This document shows positions 56,014 to 63,955 of a stretch of DNA of 64,000 bases, in pieces. Positions within the stretch are counted from its first letter, which is position 1; every line of letters begins with the position of its first letter. Under the pieces are notes generated by a model. That model was not told the origin of the DNA and ran no database searches. It saw only the letters and a list, made by a program, of their open reading frames with translations. This DNA comes from a virus. Its lineage: Duplodnaviria; Caudoviricetes. The stretch lies in IMG/VR virus record IMGVR_UViG_3300009161_000021, one strand, 5' to 3'. A program made the translations under genes and the position numbers.

Positions 56014-57048
56014 ATGAACGGAAACCTAAGAAAGCTGATACGCTTGATGCTGGAATCGGACGCCACCGCGCCACTACCAGCCCACCATGTCCCAGCAGAT
56101 CCGTTTGTGCAGAGACGAGCGAAGATGGAAAGTGTGGCCAAAGATGTCGCAGAAGAGATGGGATTGGCCGACGTTCGATACCTGTCAAGATCCAAGAGGC
56201 TGTACGGAGCTTACACATTCTCAGCCGTCGACGAGAGAAATGAAAACGTAATTCTTAAGATTCAGCCCCTGAATGAGATCGAGAGCTACAAACGCGCCCA
56301 GCAAGCGATTGTCAGACTACCAGACCGGGTTGCTCGCCATATGCCAGTGATCTATAAGATCAGAACGCTAGAGGACCTGGGAGTTCCGCTTCCAACTGAT
56401 GACTTTGGAAGTCCAGAGAATCTGGGTGTCATTGTCATGGAGAGACTCGAGGAGCTACCGGGAAATATGTTCGATCTCATTACCCAGCCAGCGACTCGAT
56501 CCATCCACTCTTTAGGCTCTCTTGTTAGCGATCGTGAAGCTTTCTCAGCAGTCGTTGATGAGGCAATGAGCAGATCGAAGCGCGCGGTCGACGCAGCGAT
56601 TGCCGGTGCTCCAAGAAAATCAGACCCAGCCGAAGAATTCAGCAGACTTAAGAAAATGCTGGTCTCCGCATCTTATGACCCTGAGGTAACAGATCAAGGT
56701 AGTGGAATAATGCTCTCGGCCATTGACGGACTAAGATCGGCGATTGGAAAGAAAGTTGAGCTCTGGTGCCGCGCGCTTGGAATCACCAGACCTGGTTCAA
56801 TACAGTCGTTGAATCAGATGATAATGAGCTCAATAACGAGCTTGCTCGGACGTCGAGCGGTTCCGAAAGAGCCGACGAAAGAAGTCCCTGGACCGCTTGG
56901 AAGAATCAAGGGAGTCCGGGAACTCGTGAGCGCACTTGAGGATCTAAAGTCAATGAACATCAATCCGTCTGACGTTCACGGAAACAACATCATGCTAAGG
57001 CCGGAGACAGGTGAGCTTGTTCTGGCTGATCTAGGTCACTTCACCTAA
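56014..57048 (+). CDS. Protein kinase-like (APH/RIO-like) protein
   Basis: VILKI, VIYKI, IVMERLE, SDVHGNNIM (catalytic loop), LADLG. Start refined to ATG 56014. Confidence 0.7.
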   Translation: MNGNLRKLIRLMLESDATAPLPAHHVPADPFVQRRAKMESVAKDVAEEMGLADVRYLSRSKRLYGAYTFSAVDERNENVILKIQPLNEIESYKRAQQAIVRLPDRVARHMPVIYKIRTLEDLGVPLPTDDFGSPENLGVIVMERLEELPGNMFDLITQPATRSIHSLGSLVSDREAFSAVVDEAMSRSKRAVDAAIAGAPRKSDPAEEFSRLKKMLVSASYDPEVTDQGSGIMLSAIDGLRSAIGKKVELWCRALGITRPGSIQSLNQMIMSSITSLLGRRAVPKEPTKEVPGPLGRIKGVRELVSALEDLKSMNINPSDVHGNNIMLRPETGELVLADLGHFT

Positions 57049-57268
57049 TCATCTCATCGATAATTTCCTCTATCATCTCGCGAAGCCTCATCTGCTTGAA
57101 GTATTTTGCGATCTTACGACGAACGTCAGGTTCCACCATGAGACCCGGCGCGTCAAGCATGTCAGGCTCGTGACCATAAGTCGGGTCATGTGGTGCCTTT
57201 GTCTTCGCGCGCGGCTCCGAGAGTTTATGCCTCCCGGCTGGTGACTCACCTGACGTTCTCCATCTCAT
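57041..57268 (-). CDS. Hypothetical protein
   Basis: 75 aa, ATGA-coupled; ends LREMIEEIIDEMIR. Confidence 0.55.
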   Translation of the reverse strand: MRWRTSGESPAGRHKLSEPRAKTKAPHDPTYGHEPDMLDAPGLMVEPDVRRKIAKYFKQMRLREMIEEIIDEMIR

Positions 57269-57414
57269 TTCTTTTCATCCTTTGTGTACCACAGAAATGA
57301 TGCGCACGCAATTAGCAACGTGACATCTGAGATCCAGAAAAATGTTCGACCCATCGGATCAAGCAGCATCCACATGAAGAGCCTGAACCAGTAGTCGACA
57401 ATCTTAAAAATCAT
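57265..57414 (-). CDS. 49-aa membrane protein (not in ORF track)
   Basis: MIFKIVDYWFRLFMWMLLDPMGRTFFWISDVTLLIACASFLWYTKDEKK; ATGA overlaps at both ends. Confidence 0.55.
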   Translation of the reverse strand: MIFKIVDYWFRLFMWMLLDPMGRTFFWISDVTLLIACASFLWYTKDEKK

Positions 57415-58592
57415 CTACAGCTGCCGTAAAGATCGGTCGTAGCCCCTCCAGGAACGTTGACTTCAACAAACGGCTCATAGCAACCTTCCGAGTTGACGTT
57501 TCTAGTGTCAGTCCAGATGAGAGAGCCTCCAAGATACACACTCACCGTAACGTCGTTCTGACCCATGTAGACGGAACCTGGGTAGTCGTGCACGTAGACC
57601 GTGTAGGTCCCTCGTGCCGGTGAGTCGATGTTGATGTTCTCGGGACCAGTTCCCATGATGTCATCGAGATCGAGAACGGGGTTGTCAGCAGTGCCTGCGG
57701 CGCCCCAGTTAAGTCCGCCCCAGGTGCAGTTCGCGTAATAGCAGTCGGATGTTCCCGTCAGGACCCCACCGTCATCCAGGAGGTGAAGGTCCATGTCATC
57801 TCCCGAGTAGGTCCAGAACATCTCGATCCAGAGACCGCTACCAGCGGTGGCGTTCAAGGTCGCCTGACACGGCTCCGACTCTAGGCCATCGTTGTCGACC
57901 ACTACAAGCTCTCCGATGTATTCTCCAGCGACATCAGGAACAAAGTTACGACGATTCGCAGTTCCAGCTGGCGTTGTTGCTGTTGCACCCGCTGGTGACG
58001 AGATCAACGTCCAGCGATAATCAACGATTGAACCATCTGAATCGTATGAAGAATTTCCGACCCAATCGGCTGATCCGTGAATCGCCTCCACCTCAATCGG
58101 ATCAACGGAGCAGACTGCAACGGGTTGCGAAAGTGGCGGTGCAGTATCGCCTGTCTCTCCCGTATCGACATTGATCTCTGCGTGAGCTAGCAGAGGCACA
58201 CTAGTATTAGGATGGCTAGGATCGTTAGAAAGGATTTGAAGGACACCGCTTGTTTCACTCCCATCTGAATTGTAAGTGATCGTTAGCTCAACAGAATCAT
58301 CAGGCTCATATGTTCCCGTCAATGGCTCAAGGAGCGTGAACGTCTCTCGTCCCTCTCCTATCTGCATCGCTGTCACATTGAGAGCGACAGAACCCACCGA
58401 TGACATCGTTATGATGCTAGCTGAGCTCTCACCCGCTGGAACGATCCCAAAGTCAATTGACTCCGGGTCGACCTGGATCGCAGGCGTCCCATCCGGAGGC
58501 GGATCTTTAACCGGATGAAGCTCAGAATCCATGCAGCCGTTCTCGAGTGGCAGCAGAAGGGCGAAAAGTAGTAAACGTGGGATTCTGTTCAT
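57411..58592 (-). CDS. Exported probable lipoprotein with Ig-like (ASH/choice-of-anchor D), PKD-like and YfaP/DUF2135-like domains
   Basis: Signal peptide ending NGC; DPESIDFG..., YRWTLISSP, FVPDVAGEYIGELVV, DMDLHL...DCYYANC...LDLDD...GPENINI. Confidence 0.65.
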   Translation of the reverse strand: MNRIPRLLLFALLLPLENGCMDSELHPVKDPPPDGTPAIQVDPESIDFGIVPAGESSASIITMSSVGSVALNVTAMQIGEGRETFTLLEPLTGTYEPDDSVELTITYNSDGSETSGVLQILSNDPSHPNTSVPLLAHAEINVDTGETGDTAPPLSQPVAVCSVDPIEVEAIHGSADWVGNSSYDSDGSIVDYRWTLISSPAGATATTPAGTANRRNFVPDVAGEYIGELVVVDNDGLESEPCQATLNATAGSGLWIEMFWTYSGDDMDLHLLDDGGVLTGTSDCYYANCTWGGLNWGAAGTADNPVLDLDDIMGTGPENINIDSPARGTYTVYVHDYPGSVYMGQNDVTVSVYLGGSLIWTDTRNVNSEGCYEPFVEVNVPGGATTDLYGSCR

Positions 58593-58621
58593 TGTCGCTC
58601 CTCTTCTAACTATAGGAGGAG

Positions 58622-59194
58622 CTAGGGACGATTTAATGTCTCTGACGGGTCAACGACAATAATATCATCGAAACCCTCTTCTCGTGTCGGTAGTTCCAGA
58701 CGATTAAACATGCTTTGCATGATTGCAGGGCTCAAGTTTTTGTCCTGGAGCTCTGCAGCACGGAGATCGACCGATCGTTGCACTTTGCTCTCCATCCCGC
58801 GATAGTCAAAGAAGACAGCAATCTTCTCATATTCTCTCTCACGTCCCGCGATGGCTTTCAGAGCGCTCTTTCTGGAACCGACCCCCATATTTGTCATGTC
58901 AACGACTATATCCTGACCCGACTGGGCTGCTCCCGCGACACGATTACGAAATTCTCTATCAACTTCCTTTGAGATGTGACGACCCGCTGGGCCAAACGTG
59001 TCATTGTATTTGATTCCGTGAGGAGCTCGAACTGCATCAACAATGTCATCCCTGCTGATGATATAAGCGTCACGCACGTTCTGTCGAACCCAGTGCGACT
59101 TTCCGACTCCGGGAGGTCCGACAAGAACGTAAATTTTGGGTCGAGAGATGCTCTCACGAATAAGCTGGCGAAGGAGAGTCGGTGTAGAGCTCAT
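58622..59194 (-). CDS. P-loop kinase (AAA_33 / polynucleotide kinase-like)
   Basis: VLVGPPGVGKS, ISRDDIV, IVVDMTN, R motif, EEGFD. Confidence 0.8.
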   Translation of the reverse strand: MSSTPTLLRQLIRESISRPKIYVLVGPPGVGKSHWVRQNVRDAYIISRDDIVDAVRAPHGIKYNDTFGPAGRHISKEVDREFRNRVAGAAQSGQDIVVDMTNMGVGSRKSALKAIAGREREYEKIAVFFDYRGMESKVQRSVDLRAAELQDKNLSPAIMQSMFNRLELPTREEGFDDIIVVDPSETLNRP

Positions 59195-59206
59195 AATTTT
59201 CTCCTG

Positions 59207-59506
59207 CTACCTCTTGATATGGGACAAGTAGACCTTGTATCGAATTTTTCCGCCCTTTGTCTTCCCAAGTTTCTTATATCCATCACCGTGATCATCGCTT
59301 ATATCATATCTCGCGCTGTGATCGTCGATAGCTTTCGTCTGAGCTTTCTGGATAGCATCAGCGATCTCCTCATCATGATCATGCGGCCGGTGCGGGACCT
59401 CAACTTCGTAAGAAATTTCAGCCGGAGGGTCGTTATCCTTCGACTCACGAAACAATTCTTCTTTGATGATCTGGCGGAGCTTGATTTCTGATATGTGAAT
59501 TGCCAT
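59207..59506 (-). CDS. Hypothetical protein with N-terminal LRQIIKEE motif
   Basis: 99 aa; MAIHISEIKLRQIIKEEL. Confidence 0.6.
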   Translation of the reverse strand: MAIHISEIKLRQIIKEELFRESKDNDPPAEISYEVEVPHRPHDHDEEIADAIQKAQTKAIDDHSARYDISDDHGDGYKKLGKTKGGKIRYKVYLSHIKR

Positions 59507-59666
59507 TTGTTCTTGTCCTGATGCCGTTAAGTATGTATCAGATAAAAGAAAAGCGGCTTTTGGAATACCTCCAGAGCCGCGAACTGTGCCAACCTACGAT
59601 TTGGACGGGATTTCGCCATGCGAGCATGGTCCCGTGTATACGATCTCTGATCAGGAGCCGTTAGTA

Positions 59667-59753
59667 CGGAGACGGCAGGATTCGAACCTGCGACCAACTT
59701 TCGCCGGTGGTCCCTTAGCAAGGGACTGGTTTGAGCCACTCACCCACGTCTCC
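59667..59753 (-). tRNA. tRNA-Ser(GCU), CCA not encoded
   Basis: GGAGACG/CGTCTCC-G; GTCCC-TTGCTAA-GGGAC; long variable arm. Confidence 0.92.
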
Positions 59754-59758
59754 AAAGT

Positions 59759-60748
59759 TCAGAAGGAAGCTGGATTTCCCTTTGTGGACCCGAGAAAGCT
59801 CACAATATCAGTCACCTGCTCAGGGGTGAGAGACTTACCAAGCTGGTGCTTTCCCATCATGTAGACGGCTGCGCCCAGGCTCTCGGAAGATGCATCGTGG
59901 AAGTAGGGTGCCGTCTCAGTGGAATTGCGAAGGGAAGACACCTTGAAGACCATCCGATCGGTTTCCTGTCCCGTCACTCCGAATCGCCCCTGGTCTGCCT
60001 GGTTGGGCCAAGGCTCCACAGCACCGAGCTTCATGAAAGACGCACCACCGAGAAGAGTGCCGTTATGACATGCCGTGCAACCGACCTCCATGAAGGTATT
60101 GAGGCCCCGCTTCTCGTCGTTGGTGAGAGCGGCATCGTCACCCTGGAGGAAAGCGTCCCACCTGGAGGGTGTGACCAGCGTTCGCTCGTAGGCACCGATG
60201 GCGACACCGACGTTCTCAAAAGTGAGGGGATCCTTCTCACCCGGGAATGCCTTCGCGAACTCAACAACGTAGGTGGGATCCTCCTTGAGGACGCGGGCAA
60301 CGGTCTCGGCATCCGGCATCGCCATCTCACCCGCAGCGAGGATAGGACCGAGTGCCTGCTCCTCGACCGTCTTTGCTCGACCGTCCCAAAACTGGGAAGC
60401 CTGTCCTGCTGCGTTGAAGACCGTCGGAGAGTTACGACCTGCCGGCGTCATCTTGTGACCCGGGGAGAGCTTATGCTCATCAGCGCCGTCCTTCGCAACA
60501 TTATGACAGGTGGAGCATGACATGTTGGCGTCGGCCGAGAGCTGGGTCTCAAAGAAGAGACGGCGACCGAGAAAGATCAGATCAGGAGAAGGCTCCGCTC
60601 CCGCAATGAAGAAGTTTTCCGGGAGCGGCTGGAACGCTCCAAGCTTAGTACGATCAACCGTGACAGCATCCGTGATCTGCGGATTTACGGGCTCCGCAAC
60701 GTTGCTGGCATCGGAGCATGCGATGAGCAGGGAAAGAATCGCGATCAT
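59759..60748 (-). CDS. Di-heme cytochrome c peroxidase (CcpA/MauG family), lipoprotein
   Basis: Two CxxCH motifs (CSTCH, CTACH); LGRRLFFE, RNSPTVFNA, QFWDGRA, FKVSSLRN, APYFHD; signal MIAILSLLIA-C. Start refined to 60748. Confidence 0.92.
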   Translation of the reverse strand: MIAILSLLIACSDASNVAEPVNPQITDAVTVDRTKLGAFQPLPENFFIAGAEPSPDLIFLGRRLFFETQLSADANMSCSTCHNVAKDGADEHKLSPGHKMTPAGRNSPTVFNAAGQASQFWDGRAKTVEEQALGPILAAGEMAMPDAETVARVLKEDPTYVVEFAKAFPGEKDPLTFENVGVAIGAYERTLVTPSRWDAFLQGDDAALTNDEKRGLNTFMEVGCTACHNGTLLGGASFMKLGAVEPWPNQADQGRFGVTGQETDRMVFKVSSLRNSTETAPYFHDASSESLGAAVYMMGKHQLGKSLTPEQVTDIVSFLGSTKGNPASF

Positions 60749-60752
60749 TTTA

Positions 60753-61100
60753 TCAACCCTCGGTGGAGGTGTCGGTAGAGGAACCCGTATCAGAGGAGCC
60801 AGTGTCAGGGGGAACCTCACCGCCCGTGTCACCGGTATCAGGGCACGCCATCTCGGTCTGAGCGACCGTTCCATCCTCCTGGCAAGAGCAGGAGTTGCAG
60901 CCATCCTCGCAGGTCCACGTGGCGCCGACGTCGTAGGTGCCCGTGGCGTCGGTGCAGGTGACAGTCACAGCAGTATCGACCGAGCTGGTATCACCCTCAC
61001 CGCAAGCTGCGGTATCAACGGTGCTGGTCTTGTCATCATCTCCGCCGCATGCTGCAAGGGTGAGGAGAGGAAGAAGAAGTAGGACATTAGCGAGCTTCAT
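60753..61100 (-). CDS. Lipoprotein with pacifastin-like Cys-rich domain and DT-rich tail
   Basis: MKLANVLLLLPLLTLAA-C; C...YDVGATWTCEDGCNSCSCQEDG...TEMAC. Start refined to 61100. Confidence 0.7.
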   Translation of the reverse strand: MKLANVLLLLPLLTLAACGGDDDKTSTVDTAACGEGDTSSVDTAVTVTCTDATGTYDVGATWTCEDGCNSCSCQEDGTVAQTEMACPDTGDTGGEVPPDTGSSDTGSSTDTSTEG

Positions 61101-61134
61101 GTTGATTGTTCCTTTGTTGTTGATTGCTATCATC

Positions 61135-61166
61135 AAAAAAGCCGGCATCTATTATTAGATGCCGGC
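61135..61166 (-). terminator. Rho-independent terminator
   Basis: Perfect 10-bp stem GCCGGCATCT/AGATGCCGGC plus TTTTTT, downstream of tRNA-Thr. Confidence 0.85.
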
Positions 61167-61170
61167 CGTG

Positions 61171-61244
61171 TGGTGCCCCCTGTCGGAATCGAACCAACAA
61201 AGCCTGATTACAAAACAGGTATTTTACCATTAAATTAAGGGGGC
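61171..61244 (-). tRNA. tRNA-Thr(UGU)
   Basis: GCCCCCT/AGGGGGC-ACCA; CCTGT-TTTGTAA-TCAGG. Confidence 0.88.
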
Positions 61245-61248
61245 AAGA

Positions 61249-61337
61249 TGGCGGAGAGCGTGGGACTCGCACCCACAACGGGCTCTTAACCCGCGACAGT
61301 TTTCAAGGCTGTTTCCTCATCTGGCCGGATGCTCTCC
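61249..61337 (-). tRNA. tRNA-Ser(UGA)
   Basis: GGAGAGC/GCTCTCC-GCCA; loop CTTGAAA; long variable arm; atypical T-loop TGCGAGT. Confidence 0.85.
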
Positions 61338-62068
61338 ATATTCTTGATGTAATGATTATATCTTCTGCTGAAGCAATGTTCAAGATAAAAATCAGGCATT
61401 AGTGAGCGAACTCTACGACCGACGACTTGTGGATGTTCATTACAACGTTCAGCTAATAACTGAACCCATCCATACTTTGAAAAGTCAATCTCTTTAGATT
61501 GATGAAGCTCATTCACTTTTTGAATAAACCTTTCCTGAAAGTTAATCTTAGTTTTTTCAAACTCTCGAAAAACTTTCTTCTTATCACGTTTTATCTCAGT
61601 CGTCTGAGCTTTCTTCGTTTCAATTTTGAGTTGTCGTTCAAATCTCTTCGCTTCTTGGGTCTTGTGCCTTTCATTATAACCAGCATTACCCGGTCTTAGT
61701 GATGAAGCATGCTTTTCGTTTCCTTTGTTCGACCAATTTCGATATTTTGGAGTTAGAGCGTGACAGTTTGGGCAAAGAATGCGAAGGTTACTTAAAGAGT
61801 TATTATCATGATTTCCATCGATGTGATCAACTTCAAGTATCGAAGCACCGCACTCTCGTGTTTTTTCGTATCCACATGACGTGCATTTGTAATTTGACTT
61901 CCAAAGTAAGAACGAGCGAATCGCTCTTTGTGGGAAATCTTCCCAATTGGAAGTGATTACGTCATCGAACTTTTCAAAGAAAGAGATTCCGCTGCCGTGA
62001 TTTGCTGCGTAATGACTCCTTAAAGTTCTAAGAGAATCTGTCAAAAACTCACAGTCGCATGAAAACAT
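61286..62068 (-). mobile_element. Free-standing HNH homing endonuclease gene 2 (stop inside tRNA-Ser)
   Basis: CTSCG...LEVDHIDGNHDNNSLSNLRILCPNCH; AT-rich. Confidence 0.85.
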
Positions 62069-62135
62069 TCGAACTCTCGGTTCTAAATATACTCATACGA
62101 TTGATTCAGGTTAATCAACTTTCTAATTTTATAGG

Positions 62136-62219
62136 TGGTGCGCGAAGAGGGACTTGAACCCTCAAGCCGTCAGGCACAGGCTTCTAAGACCTGCGTGTAT
62201 ACCATTCCACCATCCGCGC
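62136..62219 (-). tRNA. tRNA-Leu(UAG)
   Basis: CAGGT-CTTAGAA-GCCTG; long variable arm; CCA encoded. Confidence 0.92.
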
Positions 62220-62225
62220 GTCATG

Positions 62226-62302
<77 letters not shown>

Positions 62303-62306
62303 AATG

Positions 62307-62381
<75 letters not shown>

Positions 62382-62382
62382 A

Positions 62383-62458
62383 TGGTGGCACTAACTTGAT
62401 TCGAACAAGTGACCGAGTGTGTATGAAACGCTAGCTCTACCGACTGAGCTATAGTCCT
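62383..62458 (-). tRNA. tRNA with CAU anticodon (Met or Ile2), degenerate acceptor stem
   Basis: Good D and T arms; loop TTCATAC; acceptor GG-ACTA vs TAGTGCC (1-nt deficit) and a C.A mismatch in the anticodon stem. Confidence 0.6.
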
Positions 62459-62462
62459 TCGA

Positions 62463-62554
62463 TGGTGGGAGAGGTCAGATTCGAACTGACAGTGTTTGCC
62501 CTGAGGGAACGGGTTTACAGCTCGTCGCTAGACCACCGCCCTAGCAGCTCTCCC
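62463..62554 (-). tRNA. tRNA-Tyr(GUA)
   Basis: GGGAGAG/CTCTCCC-ACCA; loop CTGTAAA; long variable arm. Confidence 0.88.
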
Positions 62555-62562
62555 AAAATCTG

Positions 62563-62871
62563 TTAGGGAGCCGAGGTGTCGGTGCCGCCGGAACCAGTGT
62601 CGCTGGAAGCGCCAGTATCAGTTGCGCCGGTGTCGCTACCAGCACCAGTGTCAGCCCCGGTATCCTGGGACGCCGTATCCTGCGGAGTCGAAGTATCGGC
62701 AGTATCGCCACCGCTGGTGTCCGCGGTGTCAACCGGATCGGTCACGGCAGTGTCCTGACCAGCAGTATCCTGAGGGCAGGTAACAGTGTCGTCGTCCTTG
62801 TCATCGTCATGATGGCAGCCAGCAAGGGCCAGAGCTGCGACTGCAAAAGCAGAGATCGTGAAGTTACGCAT
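62563..62871 (-). CDS. Lipoprotein composed of acidic DT(A/S/G) low-complexity repeats
   Basis: MRNFTISAFAVAALALAG-C lipobox; about a dozen DT dipeptides in the 84-residue mature part. Confidence 0.8.
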   Translation of the reverse strand: MRNFTISAFAVAALALAGCHHDDDKDDDTVTCPQDTAGQDTAVTDPVDTADTSGGDTADTSTPQDTASQDTGADTGAGSDTGATDTGASSDTGSGGTDTSAP

Positions 62872-62909
62872 TTTTCTCCTTGATTGTGCACTCTCGTGCG
62901 ATTGTTGAA

Positions 62910-62984
62910 TGGTGGACCGTACCGGAATCGAACCGGTCCTTCAGGCTTGCAAAGCCCGTGTGCCCCCGACAACACTTACAGCCC
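62910..62984 (-). tRNA. tRNA-Ala(UGC) with non-canonical D arm
   Basis: GGGCTGT/ACGGTCC with the G3.U70 identity pair; CGGGC-TTTGCAA-GCCTG; CCA encoded. Confidence 0.85.
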
Positions 62985-63516
62985 ATTTATCATTGATGTA
63001 TTTCTGAACTTTATCTTGTATTTCGATTTTGTATCTGCTATGCATGTACTGATGATGAGTTGGACAAAGAGGAACTAGATTTTTTGGATCATTATTGTCG
63101 TGATTCTCATCACAATGATGAACAGCTACAATCTTATTTTCGTCGCAAACGCAGCAAACTTTATCATGGTATTTCCACGCAATAGCTACGTAATGCTTCG
63201 GTTCATTGATCCTGTATTTTTCTGATTTTGCTTTTCCGCCTAAAGAATTTGCGCAGCTTCTTGAGCAAAAGTATTTTTCTTTAGACGGAAATTTCTTTGC
63301 TCTCTCTTTAATCATAAAGAGTTTGGAGCAAGTCTCGCAAAAGACTTCAAATTCTTGAATCGGCCCAAGTCTTTTTTCTACTGAAAGTGACTGCGCGAGT
63401 TTTAAGCTCTCAGTGTTTTCTTTTTTTGGATTTTTTTCGCACCATCTAGAGTGATTAGCTTTATCAGACAAAGAATCAAACTCAAAATTATTCTTGCAAT
63501 GTTTGCATGTCCACAT
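62941..63516 (-). mobile_element. Free-standing HNH homing endonuclease gene 3 (stop inside tRNA-Ala)
   Basis: CCVC...VAVHHCDENHDNNDPKNLVPLCPTHH; N-terminal CKHC and KYFCSRSC modules. Start refined to ATG 63516. Confidence 0.8.
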
Positions 63517-63567
63517 AAACCTAATTATTCTGGGAGAGCAAATAAATTGCAATCAAATTTGAAGTTT

Positions 63568-63588
63568 TCCCAGCTGAGCTACGCCCCC
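63568..63588 (-). pseudogene. Orphan 5-prime fragment of a canonical tRNA (Ala-like)
   Basis: GGGGGCGTAGCTCAGCTGGGA, followed by an abrupt switch to AT-rich HNH leader sequence. Confidence 0.6.
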
Positions 63589-63685
63589 TCTACTTTGACT
63601 TTCCGAAGCACCTCAGAGCGCGGTGAATCGCTCTCACAAGCTGGTAAATTACTGATAGAAGTTTCATCGTAAACCTTCAACGAAA

Positions 63686-63762
63686 TGGCCTCACCAATTG
63701 GATTCGAACCAATGACCCGCAGCTTAGAAGGCTGCTGCTCTATCCAGCTGAGCTATGGTGAG
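63686..63762 (-). tRNA. tRNA-Arg(UCU)
   Basis: CTCACCA/TGGTGAG-GCCA; GCAGC-CTTCTAA-GCTGC. Confidence 0.95.
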
Positions 63763-63879
63763 ATGAAGTTCCCTGTCTTTCCAGAGTGTCAGATCGGATT
63801 CCATTAGCTGGATCATAGTATTGCCCTGTTAATTCAGGAGAACCCATCTAATGGAATCAGGCCTTACGATCATTGGCAT

Positions 63880-63955
63880 TGGTAGGCGGGGTGGGGATTG
63901 AACCCACGACCGGGTGGATATAAGCCACCTGCTCTGACCGCTGAGCTACCCGCCT
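63880..63955 (-). tRNA. tRNA-Ile(UAU)
   Basis: AGGCGGG/CCCGCCT-ACCA; GGTGG-CTTATAT-CCACC; canonical D and T arms. Confidence 0.88.

Noticed and set aside
62383-62458. Initiator tRNA-fMet
   Set aside because: Lacks the three consecutive G-C pairs in the anticodon stem and the C1.A72 signature.
63590-63667. 25-aa ORF MKLLSVIYQLVRAIHRALRCFGKSK between tRNA-Arg and the tRNA fragment
   Set aside because: Too short with only a weak RBS; cannot be supported from sequence alone.
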